Assembly: GCA_026023565.1 (NCBI GenBank) | Contig: JAPETS010000011.1 | Coordinates: 682,001-746,000 of the forward strand | DNA from: Cirrosporium novae-zelandiae | Taxonomy: Eukaryota | DNA length: 64,000 nucleotides | Reading direction: 5' to 3' | Position numbers and translations under genes: made by a program | Part shown: positions 22,108 through 35,517 of the stretch, piece after piece | Layout: each line of letters starts with the position of its first letter | Numbering within the stretch: position 1 is the first letter of the stretch | Notes under the pieces: model-generated | What the model saw: the letters and a program-made list of their open reading frames with translations, nothing else | Told to the model about the DNA's origin: nothing | Database searches by the model: none

Positions 22108-24271
22108 ATGCTTCTTCAATCTGTATCCCTCGCCTTGGCTTCTTCAGCCTTGGCTGTAGCCCAATTGACATCTTCATCTCTGGAGAGTTATGTCGATGTG
22201 TGCGAACTGGATTATTCATTTAATCCGGTTATGCCCGCCTACTGGACTTCCCTACCTCATCATCGTCGAACGCCTTTCTCGTACGTGATATTCTTTCATC
22301 ACATTGGGACAGCGTCGCTAATGTTTATACAGAGTTTCGCCTAGTGGGGACACGGCGTATTTGGCCTATCTCGATAACTCCGAGAGTGGTGTCCATGTTA
22401 TTCAAATCAATACAACCACATTCAAACCCACTGGAACAACCGTAACTGTTTCTGGCGGACAAGAAGGTTTGAAGTTCTACATCGAATATGATTTATGGGC
22501 GATCTAACGGAATATAGCCGGTGGTCTGGTTGCTCAAGATGATGGCTTTGCGCTATTGACCAATGTTGCCGTCACTGGAACCAATGCTCCTGCTTCTGGA
22601 ACCCCTGTTCCAGTTATCATCCGATATACCGACGGAGAAGAAACCTGGAGAACCTTTGTTGGTGGACCCGGTGTCCACGCCAGTGATGGACTTGCCGCCT
22701 CTCCGGATATGAATGGTGATCTCGTTTACTCCGAAGAAGCTGAGATGTATGCCGCCTATTTTGTTATTACAGACTATACAGGCGATGCGGAAGGCCACTA
22801 CGGTGACTCGATTGAATACGTCACCAAGGACGGAACACTCAAGACCATCACAGGAGCTTCAAGCTCTTGGGGCTGCAGTCACAACACTGGTATCGCATTC
22901 GAAGCTGCCGATGAAGCTCCGTTTGCTTCTATCTGTGCTGAGGATCAAGGTGCTATTTGGCTCAACACCGAAACCCAGGGTATGTACAATACCGGTGTTA
23001 AAATCTCCAATGAGAATACCACCAATGGTGCCAGTGGTGAGCCCATGGGTGGAATGTCAGGTTCCTACAGCTCTCTTGCTCTTTTCCCTGGCACAACCAA
23101 GTACATCTTCGCCTGGGCCACCCGTGGTGCTATTGACCTCTACGAAAATGAATGGATGGGTGATGGCTACACCTCCTGCTATCCTCGCCATATGAACCAC
23201 GATGTCGCCATTGCTCTATTCTCCGACAAGAAGACAATCGTCGGCTCCCAAGCCATCTCAACTGTTGGTGCCTCAACTGGTGATTCCCAACTTGACCTAG
23301 TTACCACTGGCAATGTCATTGACCGCTCCAATGTCCACACCGCAACCTTTGATTCTACCCAAGCTCTCGTTACATGGGAGGAGATTGCCGACCCCACATG
23401 CACGAACGTTGCTATGGGTTGCTCTGGAACATTCACTGGTGCATATTACCAACTAGTAAACAGCGACGGTGATACCGTTGGTGACCCGATCTCCAGTGAC
23501 AGCATCTATGTTGCAGGTGACATTGTCAACATTGGCACTGACAAGCTCTGCTTCCCATATGTTAGCATGGATTGGGATCTCAGCCTTCCCGTAGGCGGTG
23601 GTCTCAAGACCACCACTACCAAGAAGATGAGTTTCGGCTGTGTGAACATTGGTTCCAACAGCACCTCATCTGCCACCTCCACCGCTGCCGCCACTTCAAC
23701 TGCCGCTGCTGCCTCTACCGCTGTTTCCTCCGCTGTCGCAGCATCATCCGCAGCTTCTGTCAAAGCAGTATCATCTGCCGTCAACGTTGTCGAAGTCTCC
23801 TCAAGCGCAGCTGTCGCCGCATCATCATCAGCCGCCCTAACCTCAGCCGCCGCCGCAGTCGGTTCTTCCTCCGCCGCCTCTTCCGTAGCTGCCGTTACAT
23901 CCTCCGCAGCCGCTGTTATAGCTTCCTCTGTCGCCTCAGCCGCAGTCTCCTCAGCTGCCGCTCCCCTCGCCTCCTCATACACCGAGGTCGTATCCACCGT
24001 CTACGACACCATCCTTGTAACCGTCACCAGCTGCGCCGCTTCAATCACAAATTGCCCCGCCAGCGCCACCCAAGTCCAAACCTCCCTTGTTGCTGTTTCC
24101 ACAACTGTGGTCTCGGTGCCTATCAGCTCCGTCAGCACTGCTGTCGCTGCTGTAGATACTGCTGCTGTCAGCAGCGCCGCTATGGCTAGTCCAAGCGTTG
24201 CATATCCTCAAGATGGACAGAGTGGGGATGATGATGGTGATGATTGTGCTGTTGAATATGTTTATGTATAA
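22108..24271 (+). CDS. Secreted protein with a conserved globular N-terminal domain of unknown function and a long Ser/Ala/Thr-rich tail
   Basis: Signal peptide MLLQSVSLALASSALAVAQ. Two introns (~22281-22332 and ~22467-22517). WTSLPHHRRTPF and WGCSHNTGIAFE..ICAEDQGAIWLN blocks; a TVTSC...TNCP cell-wall-type motif; ends DDDGDDCAVEYVYV with no GPI signal. Confidence 0.85.
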
Positions 24272-25001
24272 ACGAATTGAGTTATTCAATAAGACTTGTG
24301 GAAGGGATGATGGATGGAGATAAGGGAAGAATGGCATTTGTAGGATGGATGGGTTGGAATTTATGATTCTGTAGTTAACACCACCTTTTTGGGATATAAC
24401 TTTTTTGGGGGGAGAGGGGGTACAGGAATATATAGGATGAAGAAAAGGGAAAGAAATAATATTGGTATATATTTCTTTGGGAGAAGGGAGTGTATCAATA
24501 TAAACAATCTTAAAAATTAGATCTTGAAATTATTTTTTGTCTTTCTGTTTTGTAGATTTTCGCTTGAAAGGAAGAAGAAATTGTGGACGGAGTTGGTTCA
24601 CTTTTCACTAAACTTCCTTCCTAACTCACTCGTTGAATTATTTACTTACTTTGCAGTAGGGTTGTTGTGTACGGTAATGTACGCTTTTATACATACCTAC
24701 AATGTAAAACGTGCTAGGGTCTCATGCATTCTACAACCTCCAAGTTACCCCCGCTATTTAGAATACAAACACAGTGATTATTAAATCTCCTCCCAATCAC
24801 TCTTATTTGTGTTGCTTTTCTTTCTTTCAACTCTGAACCTATTTTATATTTTTGCAGCCTTTTCCTTGCCAACGTCAACACCTTTCTTTTCACTCTCGTT
24901 CATCTAGTTTATTTATTCCTTTTATCATTAGGGAGCGATCCCGCAATAACGATCAGGATCACTACCACTTTATAGCGTTCGGTGCTTCCAAACTCAACTC
25001 T

Positions 25002-26171
25002 ATGATCTTAAAAAAGCTACAGAGGGAGTTTGAAAAGAATCCAGAAACTGATTTGCTATCGAAATTTCCAAATGAATACTCTACTCGTTTAAATGACTTG
25101 AAGAAGGATGCTGGTATAGTTGTTAACCAGAAAATTACAACACGATTAGAACTAATCTTTCTTCTAGTACCAAACATCAAAAGAACGTCGCTTAGTTTGT
25201 CCAAAGTTATACCAAATTCACCGTCTTCGGTTGAAAATAATATCAGTTCTCTCAGGACTACATCTTCTGCTGCTATTATTGAATATCCTCTTACGGACAA
25301 TGTCGTATCCCTTTTAACTTCTAGGAGGGAAGATCCCTACCAATCAACTTACTCGGATAAGGATATTCCAAAACTTATTGCGGCGACAATACAAGCCGGT
25401 GACGTTCTCTGGCAATCCGAAACACGCCATGGGCTTTCAGTGGTAAAATGTGATGCTAATGTGGTTGTGAAGATCGTTCCATTATTAGAAGATTTTACTG
25501 AATTCACTAGCGTGCAGTATCTTGAGAACTTTATGCCAGAAATACCTGCACCCAGACCTTTTGGCCTTGTGAAAATTGATAGTACATCGTATATCTTCAT
25601 GACTTTCATACTAGGCAAAACTTTAGAGAGTGTTTGGCCACAGCTGGTCGAAGAATAAAAAATAGCTATCAGTCACCAGCTAAATGATTTGCTGCTCAAG
25701 TTGAGAAAAATCCCTCGGCCATTTGGCATGCCCCTGGGCGGTGTTAGTGGAGAAGGATGTAAAGATACCCGACGAGGCACGCGAACCAGCAATCAACCCA
25801 TCCAAGACGGCATAGATTTCAAGAATTTTATTTTTTCAAATCCCCACTTCGGGGGTTCTGTATACATCACACTATTACGATGCCTATCAGAAACTCATCC
25901 CTCCAGCATTGTCTTCTCACACGGAGATTTACGACCAGCAAATATCATGGTCGGATTTAGAGAAGAAGATAGAAGCTGTTTTCTGACCGGGCTTCTTGAT
26001 TGGGAGAAAAGTGGGTTCTATCCAGAGTATTTTGAATGTATAAAGGCAACTAGTACTATATCGCCAATGGAATCGAATGATTGGTTCTTACATCTACCGA
26101 CACGTATAGCGCCGTCTATGTATCCTTCAGAGTGGCTATTAGACCGGCTTTGGGACAAACACGTTGCATGA
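25002..26171 (+). pseudogene. Aminoglycoside-phosphotransferase/choline-kinase-like protein with a premature in-frame stop
   Basis: VVVKI...EFTSVQYL...IPAPRP...YIFMTFILGKTLESVWP, then TAA at 25656-25658. The same frame continues KIAISHQLNDLLLKLR...FSHGDLRPANIMV...LLDWEKSGFYPEYFE. Start codon provisional. Confidence 0.75.
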
Positions 26172-27110
26172 GGAGCTGGGATTTCACATTATAACTATCA
26201 ACAGAATCATTCAATAACGATTAACGAACAGTACCATCACGGCACACAGCAAACGCTATTTCCAAACTCTTTGATATACCATACAGAGCGATAGACTTTC
26301 CTCCTGTTAATTCAAAAAAAAAAAGCTCCCTCCAATTCGAAAAATTAGAACTTCGAAGGAAATAACAATAAGTGTAAAAAGATGTGCATATAGAAGCAAT
26401 CAAGTTGGAATTAAGAGTTTGACCAAGAAATCGAGGATAATTACACAACAACAACATCATTATTCCGTCGTCTCTCTCTCTATAGAGAGATGAAACTTTT
26501 TGCACCATCACCACCAAATTCACTAACTTATAGATATAGCCTACCCCTACTACTTGTAGAATGTTAGTTAGCGGGAGAGTAGTCTGGTACCCCATCATCT
26601 TTACGTGAAAAAAACAATACATACATAACAACTTGTTCAGTTCAGTCAGAAACTCACCACCACCATCAAAAAAAAACAAACTCAGAAAAATATACTTTTG
26701 ACTTTAACTTCCTTTTCTTTCCTTTTTTTTTAGCCCATGATATATATTCTATTTTCTATATTCTATAATCATCATCATCATCCACCCTAGGTGCGATGGG
26801 ATGAGGATGAGGATGAGGGTGAAGATGTGTGTACTTATATGCATGCAGGTAGGCGATTATGCCCGGGGGGGTCTTTGAATATGACCATCCGTCATAAGGG
26901 TTGTTAATATTATGGATGGATAGGAGTAGATCTCACTAGGTTTGGAGATTCATGGATATTGGGAAGCAGAGCGTTTTTCGTATCCCTGGGGCACTGTTAG
27001 TACATGTCTACTACAACCAAGATCTTTAAAACAAAGGAAAGAATCAACTTGTTCAATCCATACCTCAAGACGCAAACCAACCAGCCAACCAACCAGTCAA
27101 TTCAGCCAAC

Positions 27111-27966
27111 TCAACCCCTTCTCCGAAAACAAACACTAACAACACTCTGCCCCTCCTTCCCCCCAAACCTCCACCTCGGATACCTAACCCTCCCCTCAAC
27201 TACCAACCTCCCCCCCCCAACCCACCCCACCAGCTCTTCCTCCGTCCAATTACAACTCGTAATCAGCAGCATCCCACCCCTCCTCACCAACTCCTCTACT
27301 CTCCCTTTATACCCCTCCACGATTCTTTTCCCTTGCTGGTCCGTCTCCCCGCTCAAGCTAATCGCATCAAATGTCCCCTTGTCAAGTACGATATCGAATC
27401 CGCCCTGGTCATGTGGGAACCATTCCGCTGCTGCTGCTGCTGCCTTCCTACTCAAAAAATCCCACTTTGCGAATTGCAAATTCCTCGTATTTATCCCCTC
27501 GTTTTCCTTTCCTAGTTTAATCTGCCTCGCAAGCTCCACGCTGCGCGCTGAGTAATCCACCCCCACCATCTTGGCACCTGTGAATGTTTCACTCTCCAGA
27601 AGTGAAAATAACATGTGTCCATTGCCGGTGCCAAGGTCGAGGATGGTCATGTCCTTTTCCTGCCCCTTGTTTTTCTCTGTGCCAGATGCGTTTTCTTGTT
27701 GTTTTTTTTCTTCTAGTTTTTCTTCTAGGAACATCATGACCTTTTCTTCTGCAGCGCAGTCGGAAAACCAGATTGTGCCTTCATCGTCTGGATTTGTCGA
27801 GTAATTGTGGAGTTCATTGGCGTAGGCGTTGTCCCAGCTGGAATGAGGGGTCAAGGGCGTTAGCTGGAGGATATTGAAATGTAAAGTTGAGGAAGGAGAC
27901 CGACTAATCTTTTGTGCCGAGGGGACTGGGCTCAAGATGAGTTGGGAGGGATTCCGTGTCTGTCAT
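27111..27966 (-). CDS. EFM4: eEF1A lysine methyltransferase Efm4/See1
   Basis: MTDTESLPTHLEPSPLGTKDY|WDNAYANEL...DEGTIWF, ILDLGTGNGH, GVDYS, FDIVLDKGTFDAISL, ITSCNWTEEEL, YPRWRFGGKEG. One intron at ~27904-27839. Confidence 0.93.
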
Positions 27967-28319
27967 GTTGAAATAATGAATGTGTGCATAGAGGAAAGAG
28001 ATACTTGATTGGTGGTTGTATACCTTTAAAGGTGAGAACTGCTCTTTGGTTCTTATCTGTACTCGGTAAAAAGTACCCCACCATAAAATTATATTGTTGC
28101 CTGAGGCATCAGTGGAGAGCAATTATAGTGTTAGTAACTGTACATATCTACATTACCGTACGAACAAATCAAAGAATTTATAAAATAGAACAGCTAATGC
28201 ATTTCAGACTCCATCTGTCTGAGCACCTTTCATTTTGTGCAGGTACATTACACTCAATCGGCACTGGTATATTCCACTTCCTCCAAGAGTATGCCAATCA
28301 AGAGTATGAAGCAGAAAAT

Positions 28320-30595
28320 CTATGAAGTTTGCATTGCATCGGCATCCGAAACAGTTGCCACTGCTGTCGTTGCAAAATATCGAACGTCCACGTCCTCATC
28401 TTGCTGTAGTTTCTCTAGATTCGGCATGATTTGTTGTTGGATCAATTCAGTACCTTTTGGTGCAGGTGTCCCAGGTTGTCCCTCCTTCTCCATAGCCACA
28501 AGAGTCCCTTCCGCGGGAAGGCGTTTTAAGACGTCAATCAAAACAGAATAAGACTTCGCTACATTGAAGCGAATATTTGGAATTTCATCCGAGACAAGTC
28601 GGTCGAGCATGGGAAGAATTGATTTTTCGATAACAACGAGGTTTATGGCAGGTGCAAGTGTCTGATATAAATTAGCCCAACAAGTAAGTCGATAGTATGA
28701 AGAGAACCTACCGAGATAGCGAAGCAGGTTGTCATTCGGTAGAGATAGTTTGGATGTTGGCCCATAGCGGCAACCTTTGGAATAATTGCTTCGCTTGACC
28801 ACTCGACTCCGAATACTTCGGTCAACTTCTTTAGATTCTGAACAGCAGCTTCTCGAATTGAGAAGACGGTATCCCCCAGCCAGCTCATGCAGAGATTACT
28901 GAGCTGTTCATCGAAGAATTTGACACCCAATTGACTAGCAAGGAGCGGGATATATTCAATAATGGCCAGACGTACACGCCATTGTTTGTCTTCTGCTAAT
29001 TGCACAATTGCAGGAAGTAGAGACTGGGATAAAAGATCAATTCCGATGACTATGGGTTGTGTTAGTAAGTTTTCACCCTAGAATATTAGACACAACTGAC
29101 CCTTGTTAACAAGATCCAGCTTCGAGATGATCTGTAGACGAACATCAGGGAATTCATCTTTTAACATTTGCAAGAACATTGGCAGAAGGTGTGAGATGGT
29201 CCTATATGATTGTTAGTATACGACGTAATAGCGTCTGGAGACTTACTCGTCTTTTCCTAGAATAGGGGCGAGGCCACTGATCTGTGTGCCCAAAGCTGCT
29301 CGCACATGCTGGGAGGTATCGGAGACCAGGTCTTCAATGCTTCCCATAATTTCATTAAGCAGAGTTTCCTTATCAACAAGGGCACAGAAACCTAGTACAG
29401 TCAGTAACCTATTATTCGGATGTATCATTTTAACTCTTACCTGGAATTTGTCCAGAAATTGCAGTCCGAACCTCCGCTTCAGAATCTTTCAGCAGCTTAA
29501 CAAAGGCAGGGACCAAGTCCCGAGCCACAACTTCTTCATTAACTGCTTTCGCAATCTATTAGGAGTCAGCACAAGGTCCATAGAATCTAGGCATGGTGAG
29601 GTCAAAATCACCTTCTCATATCTATCTGCAACCATATACCTAACCCTCCAACTTTTATCTTCGAAAAGACTCCTTAATCCAGACAATATCGCACCATGAC
29701 TTGCTTGTTGCTCTTTTGGAATCATCTCTGCGATTGAGATGATTATATCAATTGTAAGCAATCGTACACTGTCCTGGTCATCATTTCCTAAATGGCCAAT
29801 AAGCGGCATTATTTCATCAATTACCACAGCGACAGGCATTTCTTTCACAAATTTTGCGAGATTGGTGGCAGCTTGTCTTCTAACCATAGGGGTCTCATCG
29901 TGGACGAGGTGTGCAAACTGTTGCCGAAGAGCTTCTTGGGACTGAGGGGAAGCCTTCCGATATGGAGCATCGTAGAGACCTGTGGCGGATACCTTCGAAG
30001 TAAACCAATCCGCCTTCGATAACCGCATAACAAGAGGAACAAAGTATTCTTCGACCTGATTTTGTGCAAGCTGATCACAGATTTTATTCAGGGACTCCAC
30101 CGCCTGTCCATATTTTCCCATTTAGTATTATCCATAGTAATGTAAACAGCGAAACACACCTTGTCTCGCACCAGTGGTTCTTCAATAGCAGCTAGATTCT
30201 CCAACGGAGAAAGTAGCACGTGCCCATACTCCGGTCCACCAACGAATTCTACAAAGTTTCCGAGTTCTTCGCTCAGGGCCGTCAAGACTTCGTCTTCATC
30301 CTCTACGGAATCTTTATGCGGGTCAGTGTGTGTTGTCAATAACAATGTCCTCAGTGCTAACCATCTAGAAATGGTATCAATTCGTCTCTTGTTCGGTCGG
30401 CCCCCAAAGCCAGCGCAATAGTGGAAAGACGATGGATAGCATTAAGTCGTAAAAGAACATCATCATGCTACAGACGTATGTTAACCCTTTATTCCACGCT
30501 GTGTCGTTTCAATATTTGTCCTTATAACTGACCTTCAGCTCATCGATCAAAACTGCGATGGGGTAGAGCTCATCATTCTCGGCAGGCTGCTCCAT
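28320..30595 (-). CDS. TPD3: Protein phosphatase 2A scaffold (A) subunit, HEAT repeats, multi-exon
   Basis: [90 protein letters not shown]. Confidence 0.96.
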
Positions 30596-31233
30596 ACTGT
30601 CGAGGGACTAAGGGTTGTGGGTGAAGGTAGTAAATTGACGGAGAAGAGGCTGCTGATTTGGCTTTGGATCGGCCGTGGTATCGAGGATAAATATTGAAAT
30701 AAGCCGCTCTCTATACACCCTAGACACAGGAGTGTATTAGAAAAGCTACAGCAGGTATCTGAATAAAACAGAGAAGTTAGCTGTGAGAAACCACGGAGGC
30801 TGAGAGCTATCCAAGAGGCTATGACGGTATGGCATCAAAAATGCGGGATATTGATCCAGGAAGGAACAAAGCCAGGGTCGAACTCGAATAACTTACTAGC
30901 AGCTTCCAAGGCTGTCACATTGACTATCGGGTGATTGAGAAGTCGATCAAGTGAGGGAAGAAAATAGGGCGTCTGCGCAAGAAATCAATGCCTAAGGTTT
31001 GGGTAGATGTTGAATCGCTACATTCGCGCGAAGGTCGTTGTTGTGGCTTTGAGGTGTGGCGCGGCTTGTCCCTTCCAAACACCAGAAATCAGAAATTAGT
31101 TGGTATGACTCTTAAAATATCAATACACCATACCAACCTTCCTTGACCCCCATCTTTAATTCTAGTGCCTTATAGAGGTCCTTTCTATTGTTTCCTTATT
31201 TTGTGCATTGGCAAAATTTGAAAACCACCCAAA

Positions 31234-33410
31234 ATGCCTACGATAGGTGTTGACAAGGCGGCTCTGTATAAAGCGCTTGGTCAAGTGTGGGTATAAATGT
31301 TTCTTTTTCTAGTGCGCATTTGCAATCTAATAGCTAATTATATGATTCTAGGTATACAACTCAAGAGTTTGATGAGCTATGCTTCGAATTCGGTCCGTTA
31401 TCCATCCTTGGTCAAACCCCGCATTTTGCTAATAAGAATAGGAATTGAACTTGATGAAGATGTGAGGGGAGATGTATTGTTGTCTTAGCATGTTGCTAAA
31501 CATTTGTAGACGGAAGATACTGAACGGCCAATTGGAAAAGATGGGAAACAGGAGCCTCCACAGTTAAAAATTGAGATACCCGCCAACAGGTAGGATATTC
31601 GCCATGGTGGGGTTGGATTGGGCTAAAGAATTTCAGATATGATATGCTCTGTTTCGAGGGTATTGCCCTCATGCTCAACATCTTCCGAGGGAAGACTTCG
31701 TTGCCAAACTATGTCCTTGCCCCTCCTCCAGATAATTGCGAGATACAGACCATGACGGTTCACCCTGATGTAGGCCGTGGTTGACCTTGTAAATTTCGTG
31801 GCTGACATCGATACCTAGACCATGAAAATACGACCTTATGTCGCTTGTTCCATCCTGAGGAATATCAAGTTTGATCAGGCACGATATGAATCCTTCATTG
31901 CTCTCCAAGACAAACTACACCAGAACCTTGCTCGACAGAGGACGTTGGTTGCAATTGGAACCCATGATCTAGATACCATCAAGGGGCCCTTCACTTATGA
32001 GGCTCTTCCCCCAGAGCAAATAAAGTTCAAGCCTTTAAACCAAGAAAAAGAGATGAATGGTCGTGAACTGATGGAATTTTATGAAAAAGATAAACATCTT
32101 GGACGATATCTCAACATAATACGTGATTCGCCCGTTTATCCAGTAATATACGATGCGAATCGAACAGTTTGCTCTTTGCCCCCAATCATAAATAGCGACC
32201 ACTCCAAAATTACAGTTAATACAAAGGATGTTTTCATAGAAATGACGGCTACGGACAAAACAAAACTGGAGATTGTCAACAACATGATGGTTTCTATGTT
32301 CTCACAGTACACCGAAGAGCAATTCACTGTTGAGCCTCTCAAGATCATTTCCGATCATAATCACCAGACACGGCAAACCCCTAACCTCACCCCCCGAGAA
32401 ACTCAAGCAGAAGTCTCATACATTAACGAATGCTGTGGTCTTAAACTGTCTCCGGAAGAGATATGTACTCTCCTGAAGAAGATGTCCTACAAAGCAGATC
32501 CTTCCAAGGCCGACAAGAATCTCATTGATGTCCATATTCCTATCACTCGTGCAGATGTATTGCACCAATGTGATATTATGGAAGATGTTGCCATTGCCTA
32601 TGGATTCAACAACCTACCAGAACATTTCCCCAACAACTCTAGCACTGTGGCTTCACCCCTAATGATCAACAAACTCGGTGATATTATTAGGGAAGAAGCT
32701 GCAATGGCTGGCTGGAGTGAAGTTATGCCTCTGATTCTCTGTTCGCACGATGAGAATTTTGCACATCTAAACCGAACAGATGATGGCATGACAGCGGTCA
32801 AGCTTGCAAATCCAAAGACTGCAGAATATCAAATCGTCAGAACATCTCTTCTTCCTGGCCTCCTAAAGACTATTAGAGAAAACCGAAAACATAGTTTGCC
32901 TATCAAGATTTTCGAGTGTAGCGACGTTGCCTTCAAGGACTTATCTTTAGAGAGGAAAAGCAGAAACGAGAGACATTTTGCTGTGGCATGGTGCGGAAAA
33001 TCTAGCGGATTTGAAGTCGTGCATGGATTACTAGATCGAATTATGTCGATGTTGAAGAGTGCCTACCTGACTCATGAGGAAGGCATTGCAGGTAGAGCCA
33101 TTGGCCATTCGGCTTACTGGATCGAGGAACATGACGGTAAGCTATTGTCTGCCGTCATTTTTAGATGATGATCTGATTAATCTACGCTAGACCCCACCTT
33201 TTTTCCCGGGCATGGCGCCTCAATTCATATGAGGGTCAACGGGGATGGAGAAGACCAGGTGATTGGAGAGTTTGGTATTCTACATCCAACAGTGCTTGAG
33301 AAATTCGAGCTTAGGTATTCTCTTCACTTTATATTGCCTTGTTTCCAGACACTAACTGTGCTAGATACCCCGTATCGGTATTGGAGATGAACATCGAGGT
33401 CTTCTTATGA
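31234..33410 (+). CDS. FRS1: Phenylalanyl-tRNA synthetase beta subunit (cytosolic), many short 5' exons
   Basis: MPTIGVDK...[16 protein letters not shown]...[15 protein letters not shown]...[25 protein letters not shown]...[20 protein letters not shown]...[14 protein letters not shown]...LEMNIEVFL. Confidence 0.96.
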
Positions 33411-33768
33411 ACAGATAAAAAAAATTCACGCTTTCATATGATTCTTGACATGCATGGGTGTTTGACCCAGGGTCTTATACAAATTAGAAAAGGCTCTAGA
33501 CTTGAATAAAAATGACGCAGGAAATGAAGCAACATTGCACAGAAAATTAAAAGGTCGCATATTTCATCTCTGTCTGTGTTCTTTGAAGCTTTAATTCCTA
33601 GCTATGAGTACAACAAGTCGTCAAATGACGCAGTACTAGTTCTGATCATCAGTCCTTTATTTTTGACTTTGGTTTGGACATGCATTTAGGTTGTCTTTCA
33701 TTTTCTACCCCCTCATAGTAATCATTCCGTCCTCATCATCGATTTACCTAGAAACGCTATTCACCACC

Positions 33769-34720
33769 CTACTCCTGAGGAGGAAACTCTCCTTCCACAG
33801 GTGGTTGCTGTGGTGCTTGCAGGGCTTCCGCTTCCTGCTGTTCCCTCAGTCTTTGCTCTTCGACGGCCTGCTGAGCGGCAATGGCCTTGGCGCCATAATC
33901 CTGGCTCATGGGCTGCAGGATAGGTTGCTCTTCCTTGGGTTCAATGATGGTGACGGAATCGGGGAGGGACTTTTGAGGACCAGCCTTGCCTTCGGGATCG
34001 GAGCCACGCATGATCTTTACTTTGATACCAAGAACACCTTGACGGAGGAGAACGTGGCGAGTTGCCGAGTCGATGAAATCTTTGGCGGGTTGACCGGAGT
34101 GGATCATGAAGCCGTCCTGAGTAGATTGTAAGAATGAAATTTCGACATGGTGCAAAGGGAGGGTGATTAAGGTAGGAGACTTACAGTGAACTTCATGCTC
34201 TTGGCTCGAGCGGCTCTTAGCTTTCCGCTAACAACAACCTCGCAACCTTTGGCACCACTTTCCATAATGAATCGCAGAACACCATAGCAAGCACGACGAA
34301 CGGCCAAACCGTTTAGGAGCTTGTAGCGTAGAGATTCGCACTGAGCAACGGCAGAGAGACCACGGTTTTGAACCTTGGCGGCGTAGAGGGAGACGGAGTT
34401 CTCGGGGAATTTGAACCGCTTCTGGATCAGAGAGGTGAGTTCTCTGATGCGGCGGCCTTGTTCTCCAAGGACTTCTTGTGTGTGGGTTGCACGGATGACT
34501 GTAGGGGGTCAATGTGGTTAGCTTGCCGGTTCTTGGAGGTCCGAGGTTGGGATTGTTACGAACTGATATCTGTAGAGGTAGGACTGACACGGACTTCGAC
34601 ACCGCTGTAGCCTTCCTCGGAAAGCTCACGGGTGAAGAAGTCATTGAGTTCAGAGTAGAAGACTCCGTCCGCGACAAACTTTCTGCGCTTAGAGATTGCG
34701 TTTACTGGGACCGCTGCCAT
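33769..34720 (-). CDS. RPS3: 40S ribosomal protein S3 (uS3)
   Basis: [39 protein letters not shown]...GRRIRELT...[24 protein letters not shown]...[13 protein letters not shown]. Two coding introns. Confidence 0.97.
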
Positions 34721-35517
34721 TGTGACCTGTTTTTCCTTGATCGCAAAGCGTCAGAGCTAGTTCCAAATAATATAAAATTCGATGTGTATGATAGAAGCTC
34801 TAGAAGGAAGCTTTTGGAGGAGCTCAAACGTCAATGAGCTATGTGATAGGGTTTTGTGCGTTTCTGGTGAGGGGCGGTGGAAACTTGTGCCCTTAGGGTT
34901 GAAAGCGGTGAATCGAGTTCGATATCGGAATTGGCACAGCGTATGAAAATAAACAAGTGACTTACTCAAGTTTCTATAATCAAGTCAGTGTCTTCTATCT
35001 CTGTAACTGGAAATCACCATTGAACATACGAGGGTTAGTATTATGGGCGCAGAGCTCGAGGTGGAGAAATTCCAGGGTCCTAGTGGGAATGTTTAGCAAC
35101 ATAGAAACCATCAATCAGTTCAACAATATCTGTACCTCAGATGTTTGCTCTTTTCGGATGAGTGGACGGGAGGTGTGGATGTTGATATTCCTCAAGACAG
35201 CAGTGTGGTCATAATTTTGGATTGGAGTTCATCAATGTTGTGGGCGCCAAGAATTTGAAGCGACTAGGGGGATTAGATAACCCGAAAAGCTTAACCCTCG
35301 AATTTCATAAGTTGGAAGCCAAGCATTTCTGACAAGGCAAATACTCTACTTTTTAAAATATTACAAACTGAGAATTTATACTTGTATTCATGTTCGATAT
35401 ACCGAGGAGAACTCTGGGTATCTAAGTCTAGGAAAAATATATTCGTCTCTAAACCTCGCTTTTCGGGCAATGCCATGACCATCCCGCAAACGCCTGAAAA
35501 CGTCCTGAAAACTCATT

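Noticed and set aside
23506..24189. Long overlapping alternative-frame and antisense ORFs (also within VAM7, RPS3 and AGS1)
   Set aside because: Shadows of codon bias and low-complexity coding sequence.
30768..30782. ACAGAGAAGTTAGC resembling the U6 ACAGAGA box
   Set aside because: One base short of the U6 sequence, and the following U6 internal stem-loop sequence is absent.
30872..30890. GTTCGA T-loop-like motifs (here on minus, also at ~34917)
   Set aside because: No cloverleaf can be built; I found no tRNA gene in the window.
34845..34900. TAGGGTT/TTAGGGTT upstream of RPS3
   Set aside because: Isolated copies, more likely ribosomal-protein promoter motifs than telomere or TER template; not enough support to call.
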